A DNA stretch of 64,000 bases from NCBI RefSeq assembly GCF_009914755.1, contig NC_060926.1; one strand, 5' to 3'. The DNA is from the human T2T-CHM13v2.0 reference genome, Homo sapiens. Position 1 is the stretch's first letter. Each line of letters starts with the position of its first letter. Below, piece after piece: positions 23,912 to 38,322 of this stretch. Below the pieces are notes generated by a model. It did not search any database. It saw only the letters and a list, made by a program, of their open reading frames with translations, and was not told where the DNA came from. A program made the position numbers and the translations under genes.

Positions 23912-25689
23912 ACCTCATAACCCAGAGCACAGAGAATATTGTGGTGAGGTGGTAAGGACGGACGGTTACGAGAGGATCCTCATCCTTCATGGCAGGCCCA
24001 GTGCCTGAAAACAATCATCTCCCAGAAATTACTTTCCAAATTAAGAACATGAAACATTTGAACAATCCTCTGAATTGGAGCATCTTCACAGAATGCTTTC
24101 ACCCCATTTTGAGGAATGTCCCTTCCATCCACTCACCTAATTATGAACCCAGGAGAAAAAAAACAAAAAACAGTAATAACACTCTAACCTGTTTTATCCT
24201 GGGCAACTCCAAATATTATTTTTGGGTTCCTATTCCCTTTTATTAAATGTTCTGAACAAAGGGTAGGAACAGGAGATGTAATTAAATGCCCTCTATAAGC
24301 TACTATTGTTTATTTGTTAAAAAATTTAAAAAATACTCTCCAAAAACAAAACACAAAAATCCATCAATGTGCTAATAGGTCTTCATAGGTCATAAATTAA
24401 AAGAAAAAGCTTATATTTCTAAATGCACACTAGTGTAAGTTTGCTTTTTATTCTAAAATATCAGAAATCATTCAACCGATTTTTTTCTGTCAATAGTTGT
24501 CTCTTTCACTAGACTCTCTACCTTTGGGTACCAACAGTCATGTAGTGTTGAAAATCCACATTTTGCGGACTCATGTCCTTCTTTGCTAATGCAGTGGCTG
24601 TAGCCCCTCAAATGTTGCTCATATTTTTCCTGGAGATCCTGGGATTAAAGGTAAAATTGCTTAATTTGAGCTCATGGATAGTATTCTTATGTTACTCAGT
24701 TCTATTCTCTCTCAGTTACTTGAGGGCAAGAGCTCTCCACTACTATTGCTGCAGGGCTGCACCATAAGCACACATCTCTCTGGGTTACAGAAGCTTATCA
24801 CTGGTGTTCTCCCAGCTGTAAGTCCTCAAGATGCCAGGGAGCTGCCCATTCCTGGAGTCTTCAATATCCTGAGGTCAGGCTGTGTACTACACCAACGGGC
24901 TTTTAATCCTTGTATTTCTCAAATTCCTTCAGCTTCTGTTCAAAATTCCTTCTGCTCTAGAACTCAGGAGTCAACTCCTGTGGCCTACCTAACTAGTTCT
25001 TCAGACATGTCTGGGCATTCCTGAGTTCCCTTTAGACTCAAATTATGCCCTACATTAACCTTTGAAAAAAAAATGTCTTATAGTATTGATTTTTAGAATG
25101 CTGTCTGCCCCCTGAAGCCCAATACTACTCATATCAATTTGATCCCTCTCTAACCTTATGATCAAATTTATCCTCGACCTCCAGGATTTTAAGGAATTTC
25201 ATGTTGGTGTCATCTGACAACAACTGAAGTTTAGCTTAAATATGAACTTTTGAAAAATAATATGAATTTTGTCACAAATAAACATCTAATTAAGTTTTAT
25301 TATTTGGATTAGTGAAGACATAGGAACTCTCATGTTTATCAAGAATCCCAACTTATAGCTAAACATTCTTATGAAAAATTACACATTGGAAGTGAAGCAA
25401 AAAGGATCATGTGTCCTTTCAGTATCATACTGGAGCTTTGTCTAACAGGTCCACTTAAAGGTAGTTTAACTCTGTAGGAGAATGCCCCTTTGTTTGATAT
25501 ACTATTTACTATTGATTAGAACCTAGGCTGTGAAGTTACATGTTAACTTGTGGGTTTTCATTGGGTAGAGATGCAAAGCATTTGTCTAGTAGAAAAGATA
25601 CCTCTAAGAATATTATTTGATTTCCCTATAGGGCATGAATCAGTTTTCTATCTAACCTAGCAATCTTATTCCAACATTCTTCTTTTCTT

Positions 25690-26353
<664 letters not shown>

Positions 26354-26599
26354 TAATGTTTATTATATTGCTAGTTTCCTCATTAACAAGTTAAATAAAT
26401 TTTTGGTACATGTTTTATATTTGTATGCAGGCTTCCCATGTGTCTGTAATAGTGAAAAGATTGCCCCTCATTGACTGAGTGTAGAATATTTTCATATCTC
26501 TGAAAGGCATTAAATATTTGTTACAATGTCTTTTAAAATAACAGAGCTCTATTTTTATTTATTAAGGATAAGCACTTACATAAATCTCAATTTTCCAGA

Positions 26600-29330
26600 A
26601 TTCCTGGAAAATAAAGAAACTAAAGTTCTGAGCCTTTAAGGGAGCTAGACTCTGAAGCAAAAAGCCCTTCCTACAGAAACTGGCCAATCAGAAACCTTTC
26701 AATTAGAATCAAGTTTACATAATCAAGGTCAATCTGTGAAAAAAAAATTAGACTGTTTTAAAAATTTTAGCTTTAAAAAACAGCAATATATCTTTTACCT
26801 GTATGAAATATAATAAAAACATATTTATTTATTTGTTTTTTCATCTAAGACTTTGGTTTGTTTTTTATGAAAAGATTAGTTAATCTGGATTTCCACACTT
26901 CTTGTACTGTTTCTTGATTAGATAAGCTAACATTATTCTCACATAATGTATGAAAAAAAATTTGAGAGAAAATAATCATATAAATTGAATTACAATTCTG
27001 ACAATCTTTTTAAAAATAACACTAAGTATCTTCTGTAATGTATCAGTTTAAACAATTTTCAAGCCCCTTAGTTAACTTTGAGAGCTGGAATTAGCATTAA
27101 ATCTAATTAGTTGGTGGATTTTTTTGGATACTTAGATAATTTCTAAGTAATAGAGAATACTGAAACAAAGGCCAATATTTTTTGTTCATTAAAGAGAAAC
27201 TGTTTTTGGTTCATGCTAACATGCATGTTACTTTCTGTTACTTTAAGAAAGTACAAAAAGAATGCATGTATAAAGTCATGTTATATTTGATTATGATTTT
27301 TGATGATCTTCTAAAATGCTTGGGTATGATGAAAATGTCTCAATTATCTATGTCTCCATTATCTCTGTGAAATGGAAGTTGGTTACTTTGGTTAAGGTTA
27401 AAATTCGTATTGGTGATTGAAATGTTACTAAAAGCAACTGTGGCAGAGAGCTATGATTGTAAATCAAGATAATGCAATATGTTTTAGTTGATAAAAGGAG
27501 AGGCGAAAGTAGTATTATCCTAAGGTAAAATGTCTGGTTGTTCTAAAGTATGAAAAAAGGTAGTAAAAAATAAATGTGAATAGATATAGACAATTGCTGA
27601 AGGTTTGTAGAAAGTGAATTTTAGTTGCTTTGGTTTATAATTACCTGCAAATGATAAGTCTAAAAGGAAGAATTATAATGTGTTAAATTTTTGGCAAATT
27701 TGTTCAGGTTTGATGGTCCTATTCATAAGATAATTTTAAAGTAGCTGCTTATGAATGAGCCTCTGTCAAATATTACATTTACGTAAAACTAGAATTTGGT
27801 TTACTCTCTCTTAAAATTGCAGGTAAGTCTTAGAGAATTCCATCTGCTCTTAAGAAGAGGTAGTAAAATGTTACTCTGTGTAATCTGCTCACAGAACAGG
27901 GATTCTGTCTCACCTTAATAATTTTTAATAATTTGTGGTAGTGTGTTTGTTTCATGTCCTTGATTATTCACAAACAAAATAAAATTTCCTGACTTCTAAT
28001 TTAAAATATCTTATTGCCACTTTGATTAATAGGTAGCCAATCAGAACCATTCACTGTTCTCAGGCATCTGTGAGTCTTTCATAAGTGACCAGATATCTAC
28101 TGATAACTCCATGATTTTACCTACCTAAGATCACATCCTACAATGTAAGAAGTATTATTTTCAATATATATTTTATGTCTAAACTATTTTTGGAATTTCC
28201 CAGGGCCATGGGCAATTCCAAAATTTTTTTCTTTTACTTCATAAAACAGGAAGATGTAAATAATTGAGTTATATGTTATATTCTATATTTCTTAAATAGC
28301 TGCACACTATTGTAAAATCTGCATGGGAATAGTTGTCATATCAAAGAGAATCTCTACCTTCCCTAAATACTATCAATGTAATTATGTTATACTTATGTTA
28401 TTAATAAAAATATTTCATTGATTATACTCTTTACTGATACCTCAAGATACAGACTATGGGTATAGAATATGGTATAGAATATGGATCTTAAGTGTCACCA
28501 CTTAGACAACTCTCAGACTGAGTCAGGATTTTAGGTACTCTCTTTTTAGTCCTGCAGACAACCTCAAGAAAGCAAACTGCTGGCCTAATACCTAAGATTT
28601 AAAGAGTAGGAAAATCTAATTGTTGTTATTATGTTTAGTGTTCTTTTTTCTAATGGGTACCTTACAAACCCCTCCCGCCTTTTTTCTGAATCTCTCCTTA
28701 ACTCTTGATATAGTAGACTATACTTTTGCAAATGAAAATGAAACACTCTTTAAATGGTAACTTATTTTCCCTGAAGCTTCAGAATTGAGGAATAGAGTAC
28801 TTTCCGGAGTCTTTCTGATCTTTTGTTATGGCAATATAGTTAATTGTACAGGCTCAATAAAAATCTGTCCTTCTTTTTACCAGGACATAGACAAACTGAT
28901 AATGCAACCAAGACCATTCTTGGAAGTGTTATATATGAGAATAAATCTTATTTCATCAGTTCTGACGAGACCACCATGAAGCAACAAAGGTTGCACTTTG
29001 TAGATGAAATCTATGCCCATAGAACAGTCCCAGAAAAATAGTCGCCGATATGCATTTGAGATCTTATAGGCTATAAATACCATTACTTCTTAACAGGCCA
29101 GAAACTTCACTGTATTTTAGGGACCTTGAGCAGAAAACAACATACTCAAATTTATAGATATTATAGGTAAAATCTGTTGAGATGAGTATCTTGGTTTGGT
29201 TTCCTAGATTCAGACTAAAACAGCCAACGAGCAATTCTGAAAAACTTGGAATAATAAATCTAGTAAAATGTAATTTGAGGTTCTTTGTGAAATTTTCATA
29301 AAGAAAATTCATAAAGAAACTTCAGGCTAG
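26600..29330. mobile_element. Possible degenerate non-autonomous ERV1-type internal sequence (MER4/MER34-group-like)
   Basis: AT-rich stretch with motifs reminiscent of MER4-group internals (GGCTCAATAAAAATCTGTCCTTCTTTT, TATTTTAGGGACCTTGAG..ACTCAAATTTATAG); no intact ORF or clear LTR. Confidence 0.35.
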
Positions 29331-31429
29331 AAGTTAATTTTCTAGCCTGGGTAGTTGTTCAACATTATATGGCTCTAGATATGCCGACCTTAGCAAGGAG
29401 GTTAATTAATACTTTGTGCCACAATCATATGGCAAGATAAAATGAGACCAGTCTTCTTTTATTTTCAAAAATAATCTTTGGGGATTTGTTGTTGTTTGTA
29501 TAGTTGTGACCTTAAGTAAATTGGAAAATATTTTATGCCCACTGAAAAGAACAAGTTTTTGATATCTAGACTAGTGGTTGTTGGGATTTCTGCCCTTGGA
29601 ACCAGGTTTAACATTCTGTTTCCCTCATTAATGAGCTAAATAAATCTTTGACACATGTTTATTCTACATTTGTTTTAGTCAGTTTTTCAACTTTTTGAAA
29701 ATGATACATTATCACAAACATAATGAAATTCAGTTTAGGTTTCATATCTAACTTTTAATAACTTGATTGTAATTAATAATTTTTAACTTTGGAATTTTAC
29801 TATAACATAATGATTGTTTAACTTTGTTTTTGAGCTATTAATTTTTACAATCTTAAAGGAAACACTTCACTGTAATTTGTTGATTACATTGCTCTTGGTC
29901 TTAGAAATTTCTGTAATGTTAAATGAGATGGAAAGATTATATTTCTCTAATTCAACTGGTTAATTATTACTCTGTTTGAACATAAAAGCCACCAGATCTA
30001 TTTCTTGATTATTTATTTCCTTACTTGTCTTGACCTTGCAAGAGTATTTTCCAGTTAGTGAATTCATTGCTAGCACTAATATTTGAATTCACTTCTAGTC
30101 ATTTTTACATTAAAGAAACCACAGAGAATATGTTTTTTGAGTATGATGTACTACAATTTAGGAGCAACTGTAATTGGGCAAGTGAGAACTGGTCACTAGA
30201 AGAAAGGGAGCAAATATCAATGATCAAGTATAAAATGCAGTGACTAGGAGCAACAGGCAGAGAATAGTATTAGCAGTGAGACGAAAATTTTTATAAATTA
30301 TTTTAATGGGGCAAATTAACCATTTTTAGTAAATTGCACGTGGTAAAAACAACAAAATATGTATTTTTCTTACTTTACCTTTGGATTTCTCATAGAATGT
30401 CTTTAATTTTGATGTATACATTGCAACCAGTTACAGTATTTTAAATGACTGGAATACCTAGACCAAATTTTGCTAAATGGTATTTTAAAAATTCTTGCCT
30501 GTTTGTTGTGTAGAGAATTTTTGTAAGATGGATAGAGTAGTTGTTTTTGATTAGTTAATAGGTCTTCATGACCATCTTTCCCAGTGAGTCTTATACTCCA
30601 ACTTTTAATCTAAGTAATTGCTATGGCATTAGCTTAATTGCTCAGCCGGGAAACTCTATCAGTGACTGTCAAACAAAAACAACAACAGGATATAACTCCT
30701 TATTTTTATTTCAAAAATAGTAATTAGATTCACCAACAGCTGTACTAAATTCCTTTATTACATGACCAATGCAAAAACTGAGATCCTGTTATAGATTATA
30801 TGGAACTAGTCTTTCCCAGACGAACATGCAGTTAAAGAAAAAAATTAACATTAAATTAAAGGAAGAAGTATTACATTTGCATTCAGAAGTATTACATTTA
30901 TTAAGAGATGTCCTGATTCATTCTTTTTACCTAAAGTCACATGGAAATGCTTCAGGGTATCAGTTCCCACCTTGAGTATTGGTTGACTGAATGATTAATA
31001 TGGAGAAAAGTCTGTCCTAAATTTATCTGGAACCATGGAAGAAGAAAGTAGGCTATGTGTATATTTTTTCCTACATTTATGTTTTCGTATTTAATATACA
31101 CCTGAGTATGTTGACAGCCAACATTTCAGTCACTATAAAAGCTTATTTTTCCTGTCTATATATCTTTTCTCAGACTAGTAGACTCTAGTAGAAATTGTTC
31201 TGTTTCTGTATTAATCAATGTGAGTAGCACATGAGGACTCGATTAGTTAGCTTGGTCTGGAATGGATCATAGTACTTTAATCTATAATTGTTTATGCTAG
31301 ATTTAGTGGCAATGTATATGCTATAGTTGTAGGGTAGAAAATTCACTCATTATACAGATGTGTAAAGAATGTGTGGATTTTTATTTATCTATAACTAATC
31401 CAATTTTTTTGATAATTCAGTCAGTGGGG

Positions 31430-32285
31430 GACTGAAAGTGGCACCACTCACCATCAACCCTAGTGATCCACTAGCAAAATTTTTGCTTCCTGTTCCCGTG
31501 ACATTATGTTCTGCTGGTCTAGAGGTCTTAGTTCCAGGGGGAGGAATGCTGCCACCAGGAGACACAATTACGATTCCATTAAATTGGAAGTTAAGACTGC
31601 CACCTGGACACTTTTGGCTCCTTCTACCTTGAAGTCAATAGGCTAAGCAGGGGATTACAATGTTGGCAGGGGTGATTGACCCAGACTATCAAGATGAAAT
31701 CAGTCTACTACTCTACAATGGAGGTAAGGAAGAGTCTGCATGGAATACAGGAGATCCATTAGGGTGTCTCTTAGTATTACCATGCCCTGTGATTAAGGTC
31801 AATGGGAAACTACAACAGCCCAATCCAGTCAGGACTACAGATGACCCAGACCCTTCAAGAAAGAAACATGACCTGCTAAGGTGCTTGCTTAAGGCAAAGG
31901 GAATACAGAATGGGTAGTGGAAGAAGGTAGTCATCAAAACCAGCTACAACCTCATGACCAGCTGCAGAAACGGGAACTGTAACTGTCATGAGTATTTCCT
32001 CCTTCTTTTGTTAAAAACATGTTTGCATGTATACACTTGTACTAAGAAAATATCTTCATTTTACTTCCTTTCTCCTTTGTCATGGGACATAAGATTTATT
32101 GACTTCACATCAGCATTTGAGTATTGTTAACTTTATGTAATAGTATTTGTGTTGGGGATTGGTGCGTTTCCAGTTGTACAAAGATAGTTGTATTATGTTA
32201 GGCATAATTATGACCTTATTATTGTCTTTATTTGAAGATTATGTATGATCTCAGGAGGTGTGTATGGGTTGACAAGTGGTGGACT
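31430..32285 (+). mobile_element. HERV-L (ERVL) internal 3' remnant with a disrupted dUTPase-like region
   Basis: ORFs APLTINPSDPLAKFLLPVPVTLCSAGLEVLVP..LNWKLRLPPGHF and LAGVIDPDYQDEISLLLYNGG..WNTGDPLGCLLVLP carry dUTPase-type motifs (AGL, GVIDPDY); followed by a PPT-like ACAAGTGGTGGACT and an LTR. Confidence 0.92.
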
Positions 32286-32693
32286 TGTGATGGTTAATAC
32301 TGAGTGTCAACTTGATTGGATTGAAGGATGCAAAGTATTGATCCTGGGTGTGTCTGTGAGGGTGTTGCCAAAGGAGATTAACATTTGAGTCAGTGGGCTG
32401 GGGAAGACAGAGTCACCCTTAATCTGGGTGGCCACAATCTAATCAGCTGCCAGTGTAGCTAGAATATAAGCAGGCAGAAAAATGTGAAAAGGAGAGACTG
32501 GCCTAGCCTCCCAGCCTAAATCTTTCTCCTGTGCTGGATGCTTCCTGCCTTCAAACAATGGACTCCAAATTCTGCAGTTTTGGAGCTCAGACTGGCTCTC
32601 CTTGCTACTCAGCCTGCATATGGCCTATTAAGGGATCTTGTGATCATGTGAGTTAATACTTAATAAACTCTCCTTTATATGTATGTAAAGGAG

Positions 32694-32732
<39 letters not shown>

Positions 32733-32850
32733 TACATACACACACACACACACACACCACATCCCTTCACTGCCTCCCCATTGTTATAATATATATTATA
32801 TATATGTATTCCATGAGTTCTGTTCCTCTAGAGAACCCTGACTTAATACA
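32286..32850 (+). mobile_element. MLT2A-type HERV-L 3' LTR
   Basis: TGTGATGGTTAATACTGAGTGTCAACTTGATTGGATTGAAGG ... AATAAACTC ... CTAGAGAACCCTGACTTAATACA; TG...CA termini. Confidence 0.92.
32694..32756 (+). repeat. (TA)n(CA)n compound microsatellite inside the LTR
   Basis: Directly visible. Confidence 0.95.
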
Positions 32851-34119
32851 GGGGGTAATTGGGGTAAGGGTTAAAATTTCAATTTGCCAATTCAAGGTAT
32901 ATCAATTTCTTAAGTTTAGACAGTTTTTCTAGTTAAGACAACCTGATTGGGTAAACATTTAGTCAATTCCAAATTCAACTCGTTATTAGGACTTTGTCCT
33001 GTGCCTGCCTCCCTTATAAGAGGGCAACTCGATGGGAAGCATAAGATTCTCATTGGAGGAGAGAGTGCCTCATGATGGTCTTCATGCAGATCCAGCTCAT
33101 GGATTTGCAACTGTTGATGTCTATTAACTTGTGCTCACTCTAGTTCGGTTCTTGAGTGTTTTGCTGGTGTGTATGAATGAAATCTATGGCTAGGAAATTG
33201 TGGTATGTTCATCTTAAGTCAGAACCTAATTGTTTTTCCATAACTACGTCCTATCTTACTTAATCCTAGTTTGCACTACAGATCCTGCATTTGTTCTGGT
33301 GTGTCTCCCCCTTGCTCCCAAGTTTGGGTGCCCTTTTGGAAATCTTTAGCTATAGGAGGACTTTGACCTCCTCTTGCAACCATGTTGGGTGAGCACCCAA
33401 CTAGTTTTTGAAATACTAGTAGTGCCTGCTTGTTATGGACAGGAATTTTTGGGTCCCTTTTATGCTATGTGTAGTCTTTGTGGAGTCACAAATACTGCTG
33501 GAGGAGGAATCACATCCCTTCACTGCCTCCCCACTGTGTTTAACCACATCCCTTCACTGCCTCCCCACTGTTATAATCCTCCTTTCTCTCCCTGTATCAG
33601 TGTGAAGTTTATTTCATAGCAACCTACTCCCAGGATACCAAGTGGAACATGGGACAAATATTTTCCATTTTTGGCTCCTTTCTCCACCTAGTATTCCATC
33701 CTCCCATGATTTTAACCCTGAGGAGTATAGGCAGAATATAAGATATGTCTGAAAGGCTGTTTTCTCTGCCTCTGTTTTTACTTCCCAATATCACCTCTCC
33801 TGAAAGGGAAAGACTTTCTGCTCCTTATTCCTCTTTGAAATAACTTGCTGATGTGAGATCATGGGTTTCCTTTTCTCTGTGGTCTGTAATGAAACCCTGC
33901 CATTCAATTTGTTTGGCATTGTTCTTAATATATTAATCAGAAATAAACTTAGAAAATGTTTTGTTTCAAAACATTCTGATACAGAAGCTTATTGACTATC
34001 GGTGAACTCAAAAATTACATTTGGTTGTCAAAAGCTGAATGTTTTACTTTTTCACATCTTTGCTGTAATTGTCATAGCTACCCTAGAGACATATGGATGC
34101 CTCTGAAACTGTTTGTTTA

Positions 34120-34475
34120 TTTTTTCACTCAGCAAAATCTTACTGAGCAGATTTTATGTGCTTGGCACAGTTTCAGGTGTTTGCATGCTAGTGGCAGAGG
34201 CAAGCAATAAGCAATAGAGTTAAGGAAAGTATTAGAAAGTGATAAATGCCAAGTTGAAGAATATAGGAGGGAAGGGCAATTGGAAGTGTTGGGGGGAGTT
34301 GTGCTATTCTCGATGGGGTAAAGACCTCACTGAGAACATGACTTTTGAGAAAAATCTTAAGAAATGAAAGGAGTTAATCATCCTGTATCTGGAGGGAGAC
34401 CATTTTAGGCAGAGAAAAATCACAAGTTCAAAGGCTTAAAGGTAGGAAATGTGTCTGCTTGGAACAAGAAAGGCG
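34120..34475 (-). mobile_element. L2 3' fragment
   Basis: TTCACTCAGCAAAATCTTACTGAGC..ATGTGCTTGGCAC; AAGACCTCACTGAGAACATGACTTTTGAG. Confidence 0.6.
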
Positions 34476-34999
34476 CAGATGAGTTCAGACAGGTAACCAG
34501 GAAGGCTTTTCACAAAGTGTCCCAGGGGATAGAACATCTAGTCAACCAGAGGGGTGGCTGGCTTATTACATCCATTGATTGTTTCTGTCATGTTTTTTCT
34601 TTCACTCCCCTGTCCCTAACTCCCGTTTACTGAGATCATACTTCTAAATTAACCACTTTCACTTAATTAAGCCTTTGTCGTAGACTCTGCTTCATGGAGA
34701 ATCCAGGCAAAAGTTTTTCTTTGTTTGTGTTTGCTTTTGTTTCTCTATCTTCTGCCATTTCAGTGGCACAGAGGTACCTGATCAATCCTTAGCATTCAGA
34801 AGATTTTCTGGTAAATGACAGACACTCAATAAATATGTGTTGAATTTAATTGAAAGTAATTTGGTTCTCCAATTCTAAGTTCAGGACTAGCAATTTGGAA
34901 CTGCAGTGCCAAAGCACAACTATGAAAATCACACATTACCTCATAGGTCATTGAACTAAACTATAAGGAGTCCAAATTATATGACATATAGAGTAGGGT

Positions 35000-35222
35000 T
35001 AAAGGGCTTCTGTTCAGGAGGAAGACTGGGTTATGTGTCACTTGCTACCTGTGTAAATTTGGAAGATTCCTGAACCTCTCTGTGCTGTAATTTTCTCATC
35101 TCTAAAATGGAATAATAATAACCCAAAAATCAAATTATTGTTGTGAGTACTAAATGAATGAACATGTAGGATGTATATGGCATGTAGTAAGTACAATATA
35201 CATGTTTGCTATAATAATAATC
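35000..35222 (+). mobile_element. MIR
   Basis: AACCTCTCTGTGCTGTAATTTTCTCATCTCTAAAATGG..TTGTTGTGAGTACTAAATGA..GGCATGTAGTAAGT. Confidence 0.7.
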
Positions 35223-35747
35223 ATTATTGATTCCTGCCATAGCATCATGGAGACCCAGAATCAAATTAAAATAAGTGAATATTGACAGATTTCAAAGAAA
35301 TCTAATTAAAGTCTTCCTACCATTTTCTTATACTTACATTGTTTGTAGTTACAAGTAATATTTGCCTTAATAAATAGTTATACAGTATATAAATAAAGGT
35401 CTACAACCTATTCCATTGCCACCGCCCAGCCAAAGTTCTATTTTATTCAAACACAAGTTATTTTGCTAATGTCAGCCTAATTTATAAATGCATTAACCCA
35501 TTCATGATAAATGTTAAAAATTTCATCATACACTAGCTTCTCCTTGAGTCTCAATGTAAGATGGTAACAGCAATTTGTTTTGCTACTAAGCTTCTGGACA
35601 AAATATCAAAAAGTCTCATAATCCTGAAATTTCATCATTTGTGAAGCTGGGATTTCCATGCCTATCCCACCATGTTCAGGGGAGAATTAAATGTTATAAT
35701 TGTTCATGAAGGGTCTTAGCACAGACTCTGGCATGTAGGCAAAGATC

Positions 35748-35796
35748 AATAGCACTAATTGGAATAGACGCTAATTGGAATAGCACTAATTGGAAT
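35748..35796 (+). repeat. 15-bp tandem repeat x3 (AATAGCACTAATTGG)
   Basis: Units at 35748, 35763 (variant) and 35779. Confidence 0.9.
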
Positions 35797-35855
35797 CCCA
35801 TCCATATCCCACACTTCTCTGATCTTGGTGCTGTGATTTTTTAAAGAAAAAACCA

Positions 35856-36185
<330 letters not shown>

Positions 36186-36258
36186 TCATTAGAACTTGGC
36201 AAATGGAACTCACTTTTGAAAATAAATGTTCCAGAGATGGGTGTTAGACATTGAAAGC

Positions 36259-36501
36259 TTTTTTTTTTTTTTTTTCGAGATAGCAGCCTCAACCTTAAGC
36301 GAATCTCCTGTCTTATCCTCCCAAGTAGCTGGCACTATAGGCACACCCCACCATGTCTGGCTAATTATTTTATTTTATTTTATTTTGTAGAGACAGGGGT
36401 CTTGCTATGTTGCCCAGGCTGGTCTTGAACTCCTGGACACAAACAATCCTTCTGCCTCAACCTCTCAAACACTGGGATTATAGACATGAGCCTCTGTGCT
36501 A
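36259..36501 (-). mobile_element. Internally deleted AluJ
   Basis: Poly-T, then partial right arm and left arm. Confidence 0.85.
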
Positions 36502-36880
<379 letters not shown>

Positions 36881-38015
36881 TCAGCTGCATTTCAATTTGT
36901 AATTTAATTTAGTAGGTCATAATGGGAACTATTAAAAGCAACCTAATCCAAGTTCTTTGAATTCTTTTAAGTTGGCATTAGGTTCTGAGCAAATAGGTTT
37001 ATTAAGCAAGCTGCTTGGAAGGCATGGTATCTTGATTCAGACATTAACCTGTGTTTTGCAAACTTTAACATTATAATACATGCTGAGTGTGACTTCTAAG
37101 TTAATAAAAATAAGGTAATAAATGGAACACTAGACTTAGTGTTAAAAAATTAATTTCTAACTGCATGACCTTGACTTAACCCCTACCTTTAAAGTCTATA
37201 TAATATGTGGTTATGGGAATGTGGTTATAGACTATGGATATACTATAACAGATATATACTATTACTTTTATTGGTACTTATGCCAATGAACTCTACAAGG
37301 AAAGTCCTATATACATTATATACATTTAAGACACTATTACTTCAGCTGTTGGAAATCTCAGAGTGAGAGTCAAGGACTTAGCAGAGTACTTCCGTGAAGC
37401 TGAAGGAGGAAAGAGAACTGGTTAGTGTTATTTCAGATAGCTGCCAACGTGAGGATGCACCACTAAGAGGCCTTTGCTATTATAAGGCTATTTATGAATA
37501 TCCTTATATGCCCCACTTAGCACTTTTACTGCTTCTAAGGTGTCATACGTTCATGGGATCTTGCAACTTCACAGGTAATAAAATTCCGAAAGATGAGAAA
37601 AACATGATGTTCATTCATTCAGCCCTCTAATATGAATTTATTTATAACCACTTTGACTTCTGACACTATTTAGTCCTAATCATATATTATATGTGAGATA
37701 ATCTAGCATAATAAAATTGTGTCTTTTTACATCAATGCTAATTGAGTGCCTTAGGCAGAACAAGTACAAAATTAATTGCTATAATAAATCCTTGTGACTT
37801 CATTTAGGGGAGAAATGATTATGTGTAAGGTAAACCAAAGTACTGAAAGAAAACATAACATTTTAAAAAGAGGTTTTTGAGGCTTAAAATGAGTGGACAT
37901 TTTACTGAAATATTTTACTTGAAATAATACTGATTAATTATTGAAAAAAATTGTATTTGTATAAAAGCTTTCCCTAAAGGCATTTTAAGAATAATTATTT
38001 GAAAATAAGATTCTA

Positions 38016-38322
38016 GGCCGGATGCAGTGGCTCATGCCTGTAATCCCAGCACTTTGAGAGGCCGAGGAGGGCAGATCATGAGGTCAGGAGTTCGAGACCA
38101 GCCTAGCCAACATAGTTAAACCCTGTCTTTACTAAAAATACAAAAAATTAGCCAGGCATGGTGGCAGGCACCTGTAATCCCAGCTACTCGGGAGGCTGAG
38201 GCAGGAGAATTGCTTGAACCTGGGAGGCGAAAGTTGTAGCGAGCCAAGATCACCACTGCACACCAGTCTGGGTGACAGTGCGAGACTCCGTCTCAAAAAA
38301 AAAAAAAAAAAAAGGAAAGAAA
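38016..38322 (+). mobile_element. AluS (Sg/Sc-like)
   Basis: Full dimer with poly-A; ATTCTA on both flanks. Confidence 0.93.

Noticed and set aside
31438-31917. Possible functional dUTPase
   Set aside because: Broken by in-frame stops at about 31630-31641; ordinary HERV-L remnant
33511-35796. Short direct repeats resembling CRISPR repeats
   Set aside because: Only 2-3 copies, no unique spacers of constant length, no cas genes, eukaryotic context
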